A stretch of DNA of 64,000 nt from a bacterium (GCA_963674965.2 CAXXFL010000007.1:320001-384000); one strand, 5' to 3'. Shown: positions 20,100-30,736, counted from the stretch's first letter. The notes: a model not told the origin generated them from the sequence alone. Translations and numbers: made by a program.

Positions 20100-21605
20100 A
20101 TGCCTAAGAAAATCATCATCGTGGGAGCCGGCCCCGGCGGCTTGACGGCGGGCATGCTTTTGTCTCATCGCGGCTTCGAGGTGGAGATACTCGAGAAGGA
20201 GCCCAAAGTAGGCGGCCGCAACGCCTCGATCGAGGCCGAGGGCTACAAGTTCGACGTGGGTCCCACTTTTCTGATGATGCGCTTCATTCTCGACGAGGTC
20301 TTCGAGGAATCGGGCGGCAAAAGTACCGACTATCTTAAATTTACACGCCTGGACCCCATGTATCGGCTTTATTTCAAGGACGAACGGGTTGACGTGAGCG
20401 ACGACCACGCCAGTATGAAGGAGGCCATTAAAAAGGTTTTCCCTGGAAACGAGGCCGGATACGAGCGTTTCCTTGCCAGGGAGAAGACGCGCTACGAGCG
20501 CATGTACCCTTGTCTCCAGAAGTCTTACGACGAGTTCAAGACCTTTTTCCACTCCGATTTTTTAAAGGCGCTTCCTCATCTGTCGCTCGGCAGGTCAATG
20601 TTCTCGGAGTTGGGCAATTATTATCGAAACTCGGACCTCAAGATCAGCTTTACCTTCCAGTCCAAGTACCTTGGGATGTCGCCCTGGGAATGTCCGGCCG
20701 CTTTCCTTATCATTCCATATATCGAGCACGCCTTCGGCGTATACCACGTGGAGGGCGGCCTGAGCGAGATATCCGCGGCCATGGCCAAAGTTATCGAGGA
20801 AAAAGGAGGCAAAATTCGACTCGATACGCCCGTAAAGAAAATCATGGTGCAAAACGGCCGGGCTAAGGGGGTGGAACTCGCCTCGGGCGACCGCCTCGAG
20901 TCCGACCTGGTGATCGTGAACGCCGACTTCGCCTACGCCATGACCGAGTTGGTCGAGCAGGGCGCGCTGAAAAAATACTCGAGGAAAAACCTCCTTAAAA
21001 AAACCTTCTCCTGCTCGACCTACATGCTTTACCTGGGCGTGAATAAAAAATTCGACGTCCCGCACCACAACGTGGTTTTCTCCCGGGATTACGGCGGCTA
21101 CATCAACGCCGTGGCCGGGTACAAGTACACGGGAGATGATTTGTCCGTGTATATCAGGAACGCCTCCATAACCGACCCCACCCTGGCGCCGGAGGGAAAG
21201 TCGAACGTCTACCTGCTCGTGCCCGTGGCCAACAACAAGTCCGGCGTTGCCTGGAAGGAAAAAGAGGAAATCCGCGACAGGGTGCTCGAGATCATCGCTC
21301 AGCGCACCGAAATGGGAGACATATCTTCCCATATCGAGTTCGAAAGGCACATTACGCCCAACGACTGGGAGTCGAAATACAACGTGTTTCTTGGGGCCAC
21401 CTTCAACCTGGGCCACAACCTCACCCAGATGCTCTACTTCAGGCCGCACAACAAGTTCGAGGAACTGGAGAACTGCTACCTGGTGGGAGGCGGGACCCAT
21501 CCGGGGTCCGGATTGCCCACCATATACGAGTCGGGAAGGATCACCGCCAACCTCATTTCCAAAAGGTTCCAAGTGCCCTTTGAGTCCAAAAATATTCAGG
21601 CGTAA
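20100..21605 (+). CDS. Phytoene desaturase family FAD oxidoreductase (CrtI/CrtN-like)
   Basis: GAGPGGL, FDVGPT, YLGMSP, YLVGGGTHPGSGLP. Confidence 0.9.
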   Translation: MPKKIIIVGAGPGGLTAGMLLSHRGFEVEILEKEPKVGGRNASIEAEGYKFDVGPTFLMMRFILDEVFEESGGKSTDYLKFTRLDPMYRLYFKDERVDVSDDHASMKEAIKKVFPGNEAGYERFLAREKTRYERMYPCLQKSYDEFKTFFHSDFLKALPHLSLGRSMFSELGNYYRNSDLKISFTFQSKYLGMSPWECPAAFLIIPYIEHAFGVYHVEGGLSEISAAMAKVIEEKGGKIRLDTPVKKIMVQNGRAKGVELASGDRLESDLVIVNADFAYAMTELVEQGALKKYSRKNLLKKTFSCSTYMLYLGVNKKFDVPHHNVVFSRDYGGYINAVAGYKYTGDDLSVYIRNASITDPTLAPEGKSNVYLLVPVANNKSGVAWKEKEEIRDRVLEIIAQRTEMGDISSHIEFERHITPNDWESKYNVFLGATFNLGHNLTQMLYFRPHNKFEELENCYLVGGGTHPGSGLPTIYESGRITANLISKRFQVPFESKNIQA

Positions 21606-21642
21606 CCGATTGGCCCACTTGTGAGGCGTCTTGTTTTTGGGG

Positions 21643-22293
21643 TTAAGCTTTCAGTCCCAGGGTCGAGATTATTAAGTCGGTAAGAAAAACCTTCCATCCC
21701 TCTTGGTCGGAAAGGCTTTCATGGGCCCTCGTTCCCCTGGGGGCCGCCAGGTCCATGCAGGAGGTCATGGTGGTAAGGGAAAGAATAAGCATGATCATGG
21801 TTATCACGCTCTTCTCAGGATCGACGTTTTTTACGACGCCCTTCTTGGCCAGGTCCCTTAACAAGCCCGTGATCTTGTCAAAAAACTCGAAGAGGTCCGG
21901 ACGCCTTTTTCTCAATTCCCTTAGGGCCTCTCCCCCCGTGACTATGTCGTCGAGCATGATCCGGGCGTATTCGTCCCGCCTTTGAAAGGCGTCGAAATAG
22001 TCGTTCATCATGACGATCAAGTTTGACGGAGTGAGATTGGATGGATCTAGTTTGGACTCGATCTCCCTGGTCTTCTCGTCGAAGAGGCTCTCGAGCACGG
22101 CCAGACGAAGTTCCTCCTTGCCCCCGAAGGCGTAGTAGATCATGGCCTTGTTGACCCCAGCCCGCTTCGCTATCGAGTCGACCCTCGAGCCCGCGAGGCC
22201 CTTGTCCGCGAACTCATGGGCGGCCGCGTCCAGTATTTTGCGCCGGGTCTCGGCCAGGTCGCGCTTGTTTTCCTTTTTCCGGGGTTTATTCAT
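21643..22293 (-). CDS. TetR/AcrR family transcriptional regulator
   Basis: ILDAAAHEFADKG...IAKRAGVNKAMIYYAFGGKEEL; ATG 22293 after GAGGAGG. Confidence 0.93.
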   Translation of the reverse strand: MNKPRKKENKRDLAETRRKILDAAAHEFADKGLAGSRVDSIAKRAGVNKAMIYYAFGGKEELRLAVLESLFDEKTREIESKLDPSNLTPSNLIVMMNDYFDAFQRRDEYARIMLDDIVTGGEALRELRKRRPDLFEFFDKITGLLRDLAKKGVVKNVDPEKSVITMIMLILSLTTMTSCMDLAAPRGTRAHESLSDQEGWKVFLTDLIISTLGLKA

Positions 22294-22300
22294 TTCCTCC

Positions 22301-24267
22301 TCATTCGTAGCAATAGGAATAGGGTCCGGCCTTGCCGAACAAAACGGGGTAAGCCTCGGCCAGGACCTTAAGCTCGAGGGCCAGGGCGGCCGAGTCCAGC
22401 CCGGTTTCCACCGCGTGCTGAACAATCTCCAACGCCGCGAGACAGGCCGGGGTGAGCCGGGAAGGAAAGGTGACCTCCCGGCCGCCTATAAACAGATAAT
22501 GGCCCGATCGATCCACTCCTCCCTCGATTCCCTCTCCCAGCAAGTCGGCTAGGCGCGAGATATCCTCCGCCGCCAGCAAAGTGATCCGGTCCAGGATGAA
22601 GTCCGAGCCGGCGATCAGGGGAAGACGCGTCGCCTGACTTCGGATACTTTTTCTAAAACGTAACTCCCTGATCTTCAGCTTTATACGGTCAGGTCCAGCG
22701 CTAGGTTGGCCGGCGCGGTAAAGGCGAAAGTCAGCCTTTTAATAAGGCTCAAGTTGGAAGGTTTATGGGGAAAGCAGTCGTCGTGTCCTCCCGTGGAGAT
22801 GGCCCCGGCCCAGTCCATGACGTTGGCGTTCCCTTCCAGAATCCAGGAGAAAAGAGCCAGGTAACTCGGGGAATTCCGCCATGGAGAGAACGGAGAAGAT
22901 TCGCCGGCCACCTTGTAGTCCTCGAGCGGCTGAAGTTTTTCCAGGCATTTCAACATGACCCCTTTTCGCGCGTCGATTTTCAGGAGCGAGGCCCCGAAGT
23001 GATCGACGGCCATAAGGTCGGCGCCTCCAAAGATGGTATGGGGCTTTCGGGCGATGGCCTGGATTTTAACCCCCATCCATCCGTCGGCCGAGGAGTAGGC
23101 GTCCACGATGGAAAAATGCACGGGGAATGTATGGATCAGGAGGGCCGTCCAGGGCCCGACCTTGCGCCGGCAGTGATAATGGATCACCTTGTCCTGCTCG
23201 GGCAGGCAGCCGTACACGTTCTTGATGGCCGAGGTGTAAAGCGAGTAGAAGTGCGACTTCTGCTTGGCGAAGTTGATCCGGAAGTCGGCCTCCACCCAGG
23301 CCCGGCCCAGCTCGACCACGCCGTCCGTGCCGCCGAAGTTATAATCTACCCTGTCCTCACCCAGGTCCACTACTCTCGCGCTCGCGTCCGCGCCCCCTCC
23401 CCATACCCGGAACGAGTACTCCCGGCCCGGCCGATAGGAGTTGACCACGCTTTCGTCGAGGTACCCCTCGCGGGCCGCCACCTGCGCCACGGCCCGGTTC
23501 TCGAACCAGTTGCCGTAAAGGTTGCCCGACTCCACCACGGCCAGGTTGGAATAACCTCTTTGGGCCATAAGCCGCAAGAGATGAATGACCAGGAAAGGAT
23601 CGGTGTAAGTCCCCACGTCGGAGCGTCGCAGCATCATCGAGAGACTGGGCTTGACGGCTATCTTAAAGTCGGCCTTTGCCTTGCCGGATTTTTTCCAGGC
23701 TTCGTCGAGGACCTCGAAAAAGCCCGAGGCGGCAAGGACCTTCTCCAGAATGGAATACTTGTCGCCCTCGTGGTCGGTGACGGTGGCAACCACGCTTTCG
23801 GGATTACGCGAAGCGGCGGGTTGCTCCCCCACTTCCTTGTCCTCCTCGGCCCACGAGCGTCCAACCACCAGGAGCAGGGCGGCCGAGGAGGCGACCGGCT
23901 CGGTGATCAGGGTGATAAAGCCGATCAGGGTTATCTCGCCGTCGAAGGTACCGGGAATCAGGACCAGGAGACGGGAGTCGGGGAAAAGGAACCCGCCCAG
24001 GATCATGAGGCCGCCGATGAGCGGACAAAACAGGGCGATGAAATAACCGGCCCTCGCGTTTTTATAAATCAGAAAAGGGGCGATCAAGTACGCGGGAATG
24101 GCGAAAAAGAACACCGCGTAAAACCACGCGGGCATGGAACGTCCGGCCAGGAGCGCCAGGATCACGCCGATCAGATGCATGAGTCCGCCGGTCCCGATGC
24201 CGATGGCCGCGACCGCTCGCGCGTATAGCGGCGGAAGCGACAATAGGCGAGGGTTTATTTCGGACAT
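22301..24267 (-). pseudogene. Membrane-anchored DUF362 protein, apparently frameshifted near 22681-22738
   Basis: N-terminal TM helices, then a DUF362-like domain (KPSL, K.KSH, AIKNVYGCLP, DAYSSADG). After the stop at 22681 the -1 frame stays open to 22301 with no ATG. May be an assembly indel. Confidence 0.6.
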
Positions 24268-25520
24268 GAGACTACCAATGGGTTCGTGATCAAGCGGTCG
24301 TAGCGGTTGAATTCCTCGATCGAGTATTGCTTCATGAAATAATAATAGAAGTCAAGATAGTAAACGTCGGGATCGACGTCCTTCCAGTCGACCATGTTGA
24401 AGCTGATCAGGGGCTCGGACCCGAGTTGGTACTCGGGCTTGGCCTTGAACGTCGAATCGTATATGAAAAGACCCTGCACCTTGGTCTTCAGCCTCGGGTC
24501 GGGAACGAGCCTGATGAAAACGTCGCCGCCGGGCGCGTCAATCCCGCCCCATTCCATGCGGCTTCGGGCCAGCTCGTCGATCTTTTCCCGGGGAGCGTCC
24601 ACGGGCAGGCACTCGGGCGTGACGTTGGTACAGACCCTGGCCGAGCCCGCGTCGGAGATTTGAAGGTCATGGCCGATCTCGACGTTGACGACGAAGCCGA
24701 GCAGGAAGGGGTTGACGTTCAAGTCCATGCCCGCCCGCTGGCGCATGGAGTCCTTGTAAAAGTAATAGTACTGGGCGAGGGGAAGCTTGCCCAGCGGACC
24801 CAGGCTCCAGTAATTATCCAGCTTGACCGTGACTCGAACCGGGCCGTCCGTATAGCCCACGTACTCGTGATGGAAGTCGTCCTCGACGAAGGAGTAGGTA
24901 ATCCCAAGCTTGCCCACCTTGCACCTCACCTTGAGACGGTCAAGGTAGTCGGGGCCGCCGTCCACGCTCATATAATCGTACGAAAAGACGCGGGCCTTTT
25001 GCCAGCCAATGGAGTAACGATCGCTTTTGGCCGTGTAGGTCTTGGGGTCATAGGAGACGTAGTCCTTTTCCGAAAGCGGCGGGGGGGTCTCGCATAGGGC
25101 CACCAGGAAATATCCCTCGGCCCCGGACTCGGGGTCCTTGACGGAGACGACCGCGTTCTTTGGGCACCCCTCCGGCGCCGCGGGCCTGACCGAGCCGGCG
25201 TCGGCGGCCATCATGACCAGTTCGTCGCTCGGGTCGAAATTCCCGTCAAGCTTGTCATGGTCGGCCCCGTTCTCGATGAGGATGACGCCGTTTGCATCCC
25301 TCTCCTCGATCTGGAAAGGGACCGCCAGGGTCCCGGCTCCGTAGTCGGCGAAGGCCCGATAGGAACCCTTTTTCTCGCCCAACAAGTCCCCGGGCAGTAC
25401 CGACCCGCTTACGACGACCGGGTCCTCCCGGCCGGCCAGCGGCCTGGAACCGTCTTCCGTAGAGGCCAATAGCGGCGCAAATAATAAAACCAAAGCGGCA
25501 ATAAGGAAATATTTTTTCAT
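24255..25520 (-). CDS. Secreted hypothetical protein (paralogue of 30797-32128)
   Basis: Signal peptide; PFQIEE, DELVMMAADAG, DRLK, DGPVRV shared with the paralogue. Confidence 0.8.
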   Translation of the reverse strand: MKKYFLIAALVLLFAPLLASTEDGSRPLAGREDPVVVSGSVLPGDLLGEKKGSYRAFADYGAGTLAVPFQIEERDANGVILIENGADHDKLDGNFDPSDELVMMAADAGSVRPAAPEGCPKNAVVSVKDPESGAEGYFLVALCETPPPLSEKDYVSYDPKTYTAKSDRYSIGWQKARVFSYDYMSVDGGPDYLDRLKVRCKVGKLGITYSFVEDDFHHEYVGYTDGPVRVTVKLDNYWSLGPLGKLPLAQYYYFYKDSMRQRAGMDLNVNPFLLGFVVNVEIGHDLQISDAGSARVCTNVTPECLPVDAPREKIDELARSRMEWGGIDAPGGDVFIRLVPDPRLKTKVQGLFIYDSTFKAKPEYQLGSEPLISFNMVDWKDVDPDVYYLDFYYYFMKQYSIEEFNRYDRLITNPLVVSCPK

Positions 25521-25542
25521 GACGTTTACTCCGCCTGATTCA

Positions 25543-26373
25543 TCATGTCCGTCCCGTTTCTTCCAGGGTCAGCGCCGCGACGTCCTTATAAAATATCCCG
25601 CCGGGCCTGAGCAGCGCGAGGTAAGCCAGGACCGCGAAGAGGGGAACTCCCCACCACCATCCCAGCCAGTGGACCAGGAGGCTGGCGACGATGGCCGCGC
25701 CCAGGACCTCGATGAATATCATCTTGCACAGATGCTTGATCAGCCCGCCAAGGGTCGCGCTGGCCGCCTTCTCCCGGTCCACGTCGGCCAGCTCGTATCC
25801 CCTCTTGACCCAGTCCGCCAGCCAGAAGAAAAGCAAGGGCAGCATGACCAGGCCCATGGCGTAGAGGGTCCAGGCCACGGGGCTCAAGAAGACCCACCTT
25901 AATACCTCGTAAGTACCGGGCGTCCAGGGAGTGCATTCCCGTCCGCCGCCCCACCAAGAGCACGAGTAGAAAAAGCGCTGGTAGCCCATGCCGTCCCAGC
26001 CGTGGACCAATATAAAGAACATCAGGAAATAACCCAGGGCCCACATGAGATGGGCGGCGTAGAGCTTTCCGGCCCGGATGAACCTGTAGGCAATCCAGAA
26101 CCCCAGAATCCCTTGCGTCAAGTTGGTCAGGGTAAAGGCCCCGACCAACCAGGCTGGAATCGTTTTATACGTACCCGCCTGCATGGTCTCCCATTCAGGA
26201 AATCCCCATAGAAGTATCGCGCCGGAGGGCACGAAAAAGATGGAAAGGTACAAAAGGGTCTTGACGAAAAACGGGCTCTCGAAAGGCTTGTCCTCCTTCT
26301 CCAACTGGCGGGCCGCCGAGGCCGCGAAACCGGCGCCCAGCGCGAAACTCCAAAAAACGTCTACCTGTACCAT
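25543..26373 (-). CDS. Multi-pass membrane hypothetical protein
   Basis: SD GGAGGG before ATG 26373; about 7 hydrophobic segments; FPEWETM and HGWDGMGYQRF loops. Confidence 0.75.
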   Translation of the reverse strand: MVQVDVFWSFALGAGFAASAARQLEKEDKPFESPFFVKTLLYLSIFFVPSGAILLWGFPEWETMQAGTYKTIPAWLVGAFTLTNLTQGILGFWIAYRFIRAGKLYAAHLMWALGYFLMFFILVHGWDGMGYQRFFYSCSWWGGGRECTPWTPGTYEVLRWVFLSPVAWTLYAMGLVMLPLLFFWLADWVKRGYELADVDREKAASATLGGLIKHLCKMIFIEVLGAAIVASLLVHWLGWWWGVPLFAVLAYLALLRPGGIFYKDVAALTLEETGRT

Positions 26374-26414
26374 GGTTCCCTCCCTTTTCCTGATCTGACA
26401 ATAGGGGGAACGGG

Positions 26415-27548
26415 CTACCAGCCCGCCCCAATCCAATCCCGCGCGTGTCCGCCCAGGAGAACCTGAAGCGTCTTGGCGTCGCGCAGTCTTCTCTCGAGAC
26501 CGTAGTCCTTCATGTACCCATAGCCGCCCAGCGCCTGGATGGCGTCAAGGCACACGCTCTCGCCGACTCCCGCGATGAATAGAAACGCCCGCCTGGTCCT
26601 GGCCTCTCCCGCGACCGGGTCCTCGACCGCCGCCGCGGTGAAAAGCATGTCCCGGGCCGCCTCGACGCGGACGTCCATGTCCTCGATAACTCGAGCCACG
26701 TCCTGATGCAGGATGATGGGACGTCCCGTCTGCTCGCGCTCGGAGGAGTATTGGCGGGCGTAACTCGCCGCGGCCGCCGCGTTGCCCACCACGATGGCCG
26801 CGAAGTTCGCGTATAGCTCGCGCTTTATCTCGAGAAGCGAGGCGCGGGCTTTTTCCGCCTCGGCTATGATATCCTCCGCGCCCGCGGCTTTCTCAGATAT
26901 CTTCAGCCCGGCCATGGGCGTCTCCAGGAGTCCCGTACCCGGATAGGCCGGCTCGATATAGTCCAATAGGCCGCGTGCCTCGAGGCACAGGATCACCGGT
27001 TTTCGGTCTTCCCCGTAAGCCGGCGCCATCACCTTGGAGAGGACCCCGGGATGGACGGGACAAATGAAGCGACCCTTCAGGCGATATCCCGAATCTCTTT
27101 CCTCAAGCTCGGGCGTCACGGGGTCCCCATCGTCAACCACCTGGAGGGGAGAGGCCACCCCGCAAAGAGGCGGTTTTTCATCAGCGGACTTTGCCGCCGC
27201 CTCCGTGAGCCAGGAAAGAACGGCCTTATCGTCCGCGGCCCCAGCCAGCGCGCAAAGCCCGGCCCAGTGGACGCCAATGACCGCCGCGACCCCCGCCATG
27301 CCCATGCCCAGCCTCTCCAGGACCACGGCGCGGCCCAGGCGGCCAAGACCCGCTCCGCCCATTTCCTCGGGAAGCGGCGCCGCCGAAACTCCGGCTTGTC
27401 CGGCCCGCTCGATGATCTTCCAGTCGAAGTCCAAAGGCCCCGTCCGCTCGTGCATGGCCTCGCCGTCGATATGCTCGAGGGTGAAGTCGGCGAACTTTCG
27501 AGCCGTCTCGGCGAACATGGCCCTGTCTTCATTTTCGTACCACTCCAC
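26415..27548 (-). CDS. Acyl-CoA dehydrogenase family protein (degenerate active site)
   Basis: PEEMGGAG, REQTGRPI, AIQALGGYGYMKDYGLERRLRDAK; GTG start; lacks YEGT. Confidence 0.85.
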   Translation of the reverse strand: MEWYENEDRAMFAETARKFADFTLEHIDGEAMHERTGPLDFDWKIIERAGQAGVSAAPLPEEMGGAGLGRLGRAVVLERLGMGMAGVAAVIGVHWAGLCALAGAADDKAVLSWLTEAAAKSADEKPPLCGVASPLQVVDDGDPVTPELEERDSGYRLKGRFICPVHPGVLSKVMAPAYGEDRKPVILCLEARGLLDYIEPAYPGTGLLETPMAGLKISEKAAGAEDIIAEAEKARASLLEIKRELYANFAAIVVGNAAAAASYARQYSSEREQTGRPIILHQDVARVIEDMDVRVEAARDMLFTAAAVEDPVAGEARTRRAFLFIAGVGESVCLDAIQALGGYGYMKDYGLERRLRDAKTLQVLLGGHARDWIGAGW

Positions 27549-27552
27549 GTCG

Positions 27553-29064
27553 TCACCTCCTCATGGTCCTGGCCATGTCCTTGAAGTGGGTAATGTCGTT
27601 GGCCTGGTTGGTCCCCTCATAGATCATGGTAAGCTTGGCGTCGCGATAGGCCTTTTCCACCGGCCACCGGGGGTCATAGGCGTCGGGGCCCATTACGCGG
27701 GCCACCTCGCCGCTCACCCGGACGCCGATCTCCGAACCCATCCGCTTGGCCGCCGTGGCCAGGCGGCTGATGTAGGCCAGGCGGTCGTCGGGAACGGTCC
27801 GGTCCAAAAGCCAGTCGCAGGCCCCCCGCCAGAGGCGGGATGAGAATATCCTTTTGGCCCCCTCGTTAAGGAGCAGGCCGTTTGGAGTCAATTTAAGCGC
27901 GGCTTTTTGCAGGGGACCTCCGATGATCTCGTGGAATATCTCGTCGCAGGCCAGGCAGGAAGCGACGTAAAGGCCGCGCGCCGCCGCTATGTCCCCGGAC
28001 ATGCGGGCAATGGTTATCTGGATCGCCTGCTGGTCGATCATCCTCCCGCCCCTCGACTTCTTTTGCTTGCTCCAGTCGATGAGGCACTCGAGGGAGCGGC
28101 GAGCGCACCCGACGCCTATGGCGCCCACCGGCCCGCGCGAGCCGGCCAGGTAAATGGAAACGTAGCGGGCGCCCTTGCCCTCTTCTCCTATCTGGCGCTC
28201 GTGGGGAACGAAAACGTCCTCCATGATCAACTCGGCCGCGGGGCTGGCCTTCTGGCCCATCTTGCGCTCGACCCGGCCCACGGAAAACCCCTCGGATTCC
28301 GAGTCGACCAGGAAAATAGTCCACGATTCCGCGGGCGACCTGGGGTCCGTTGCCGCCGCCGTCACGATCCACCGGGCCACGCTTCCATTGCTGATGAAGA
28401 CCTTGCGGCCGTTTAAGCGATAGCCGCCCGGGACCTTTTTGGCGAAGGTCACGATCTTGCCCTTCTTCAGAAAATCCTCGTCCCATATATCGGTCCCGGC
28501 GAAAGGCTCGGTGACCGCCCCGGCCCACAGCACCGGCTCGCCTCGCTTCTCGGCCAGGGCCACGGGACGGATGTATTTCTCGAGTAGATAGGCGTCGATC
28601 GAAATCAGCCCACAGGAGATGCCCGCCGAGTGGACCCCGATGGTGCTGGCCAGGCCCGCGCAGCCCACGGCCAACTCCTCGGCCATGGCCGCCATGTGCA
28701 GGACCCCCATGCCCAATCCGTCGAAGGCCTCGGGAATGATCATCGAAAAGAACCGCTCCTTACAGGCCTCCTCCATCACGTCCCAGGAGAAATAACCATG
28801 GTCCCGGGAAACCAGCTTCTCGATCTCGATTGCCCGGGGCCGGATCACCCGGTCGGAGAACGCCCGCGCCCTCTCGCGTATCCGGGTCAGGTTTCTAAAG
28901 TACGAGGAGGGGTATCTTCTGGCCAGGCGAAAAAGCCCGTCCACCTCGCCCCAGGAAAAGGGGAAGTCCGAGTAGATGGCGTCGGTCTCTTCCGCCGGGG
29001 TGATCGAGGAAAACAAGGTGGTCGGCCCGATCTCCCTAGCGTCAGCGTTTGGAGAGTTCATCAA
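27553..29064 (-). CDS. Acyl-CoA dehydrogenase
   Basis: TEPFAGTD, LNGRKVFISNG, KMGQ, EKAYRDAKLTMIYEGTNQ. Confidence 0.92.
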   Translation of the reverse strand: MMNSPNADAREIGPTTLFSSITPAEETDAIYSDFPFSWGEVDGLFRLARRYPSSYFRNLTRIRERARAFSDRVIRPRAIEIEKLVSRDHGYFSWDVMEEACKERFFSMIIPEAFDGLGMGVLHMAAMAEELAVGCAGLASTIGVHSAGISCGLISIDAYLLEKYIRPVALAEKRGEPVLWAGAVTEPFAGTDIWDEDFLKKGKIVTFAKKVPGGYRLNGRKVFISNGSVARWIVTAAATDPRSPAESWTIFLVDSESEGFSVGRVERKMGQKASPAAELIMEDVFVPHERQIGEEGKGARYVSIYLAGSRGPVGAIGVGCARRSLECLIDWSKQKKSRGGRMIDQQAIQITIARMSGDIAAARGLYVASCLACDEIFHEIIGGPLQKAALKLTPNGLLLNEGAKRIFSSRLWRGACDWLLDRTVPDDRLAYISRLATAAKRMGSEIGVRVSGEVARVMGPDAYDPRWPVEKAYRDAKLTMIYEGTNQANDITHFKDMARTMRR

Positions 29065-29130
29065 TAGTCTCCTTGGTCGATGGCTTGAGGCGCCGGCCCC
29101 GAGCGGGATTCCCCGCCCAGGGCCAACCGG

Positions 29131-30597
29131 TTAAATCTCGAAGTCCCTTTCCAACTCCCTTTCCCGCTCCATCAGGCGATTATGCAGCTCATTGCGCCTG
29201 GCGGCGTAGCCGGCGTCGTTGGCCAGGTTGGTCATCTCCAGCGGGTCGTCCTTCAAGTTGTAAAGCTCGTAATCGGCCGAGTCGTCGCTTGGCTTGAAAT
29301 AGTACGAATACTTCCACTCATGGTCCCGAACGCACCGGATGTGGGCCGGGTTCTCGAAGTTCCCCGGCTCCCCGGGCTTTTTGCCGATGGTGAACTGCAC
29401 TTCCCAGTCCTGGTGGAAGACGACGTGGTCCTGGACCGCCCCCCCCTCCGGGTCCATGAGCACGGGCGAGAGGTCCTTGCCCGGCATGTAGTGACTCACC
29501 CCGGTAATTCCCGTCATGGAAACCAGCGTGGGCATGACGTCCACGTTGGAGGCGAGGGCGTCCGTGGTCACCCCCTCCGGTATGCGGGTGGGGGCGGAGA
29601 TTATCAGGGGCACGTTAATCTCCTCCTCATAGGCGAAGCAGCCCTTGGTCCGGAGCCGGTGCGATCCCGCCATCTCGCCGTGGTCCGCCGTAAACACAAC
29701 GACCGTATTGTCCCGCTGACCCGACTTGTCCAGGGCGTCGAGCACGCGGCCGATGTTGGCGTCGGCGTCCTCCACGCAGAACATGTAGTAATCCAGGTAA
29801 CGGCGCCAGGCGTCGCCGCTCGAGTAATCCATGGGGCCGCCCACGGAGTTGTAGATTTTCTGGTATTCCCTCTGGCAGCCGGGCTTTCCCGAAAGGTCGT
29901 CGGTCCAGTTGGGGGGCGGCGCGTCGGTCTTTATCTCGCGGAGCTTCCGCTGCGGATAATAACGGGGAAAGGCGCAAATGTCGTGGGGATTGACCAGGGA
30001 ACAGACCATGAACCAGGGTTCTTTCCGGTTGTCCGGGTCCAGAATCCAACTCGTGGCCTGCCTCGTGTATGACGGGTCCTGCAGCGCCCCGCAATAGGGG
30101 GGACCGCCGAACATGGCGTCAGGGGCCTTCCAGCCGGTGAATCCATAATTTGAAAGGGGGTCCTTACGGTCGCGGTCGGACCTTCTGGTCAGGTGCCATT
30201 TGCCCCGGTAGGGCGTCCGATAACCGGCCTTGCCGAAGACGTGTCCGAAGGTCGGGATTCTCGGATCGAGGCTGGGCTGGAGGTCTCCCTCCACGAAGTC
30301 GCAGTTGGTGTACATCTGGTTTTGAGTGGTGTAGGTCCCGGTCACCAGGCAGGCCCGGGAAGGAGAACAGGGAGAGGCGCTCACGAAATGGTTGTTGAAA
30401 GTCACGCCCCGCGAGGACAGGAGGTCGATGTTTGGCGTCGAGAGCAGCGGGGTCCACTTCGGGTTCCTCCACTGATCGACCAATATGACCAGGACATTCG
30501 GCCGGTCCCCCTCCGCCGAGGCCGAGCCCGGCGCCAGCCCAAGACCCAGACCCGTCGCCGCCAGGGCGGATCCCTTGATAAATTCTCTTCTCTTCAT
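29131..30597 (-). CDS. Tat-exported formylglycine-dependent sulfatase
   Basis: MKRREFIK twin-arginine signal; PNVLVILVDQ, CSPSR, GKWHL, TADHG, ELYNLKDDP. Confidence 0.93.
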   Translation of the reverse strand: MKRREFIKGSALAATGLGLGLAPGSASAEGDRPNVLVILVDQWRNPKWTPLLSTPNIDLLSSRGVTFNNHFVSASPCSPSRACLVTGTYTTQNQMYTNCDFVEGDLQPSLDPRIPTFGHVFGKAGYRTPYRGKWHLTRRSDRDRKDPLSNYGFTGWKAPDAMFGGPPYCGALQDPSYTRQATSWILDPDNRKEPWFMVCSLVNPHDICAFPRYYPQRKLREIKTDAPPPNWTDDLSGKPGCQREYQKIYNSVGGPMDYSSGDAWRRYLDYYMFCVEDADANIGRVLDALDKSGQRDNTVVVFTADHGEMAGSHRLRTKGCFAYEEEINVPLIISAPTRIPEGVTTDALASNVDVMPTLVSMTGITGVSHYMPGKDLSPVLMDPEGGAVQDHVVFHQDWEVQFTIGKKPGEPGNFENPAHIRCVRDHEWKYSYYFKPSDDSADYELYNLKDDPLEMTNLANDAGYAARRNELHNRLMERERELERDFEI

Positions 30598-30686
30598 GAT
30601 ATGCCTCCCATTCGGTTCGTCTCCGGTCCGGGCCGCCCCACCGCTATCGGCGCCAAACCCGGGGAGAAATTTTCCTTCGCTTTAAT

Positions 30687-30736
30687 TAACTAAATAGTTA
30701 GTTAGCAATCCTAGCGCCGGGAATCGACTTTGTCAA
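30687..30736 (-). promoter_or_regulatory. Sigma70 promoter TTGACA-N17-TAGGAT with adjacent operator TAACTA-AA-TAGTTA
   Basis: -35 at 30736-30731, -10 at 30713-30708, dyad at 30687-30700 beside the predicted start site. Confidence 0.65.
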
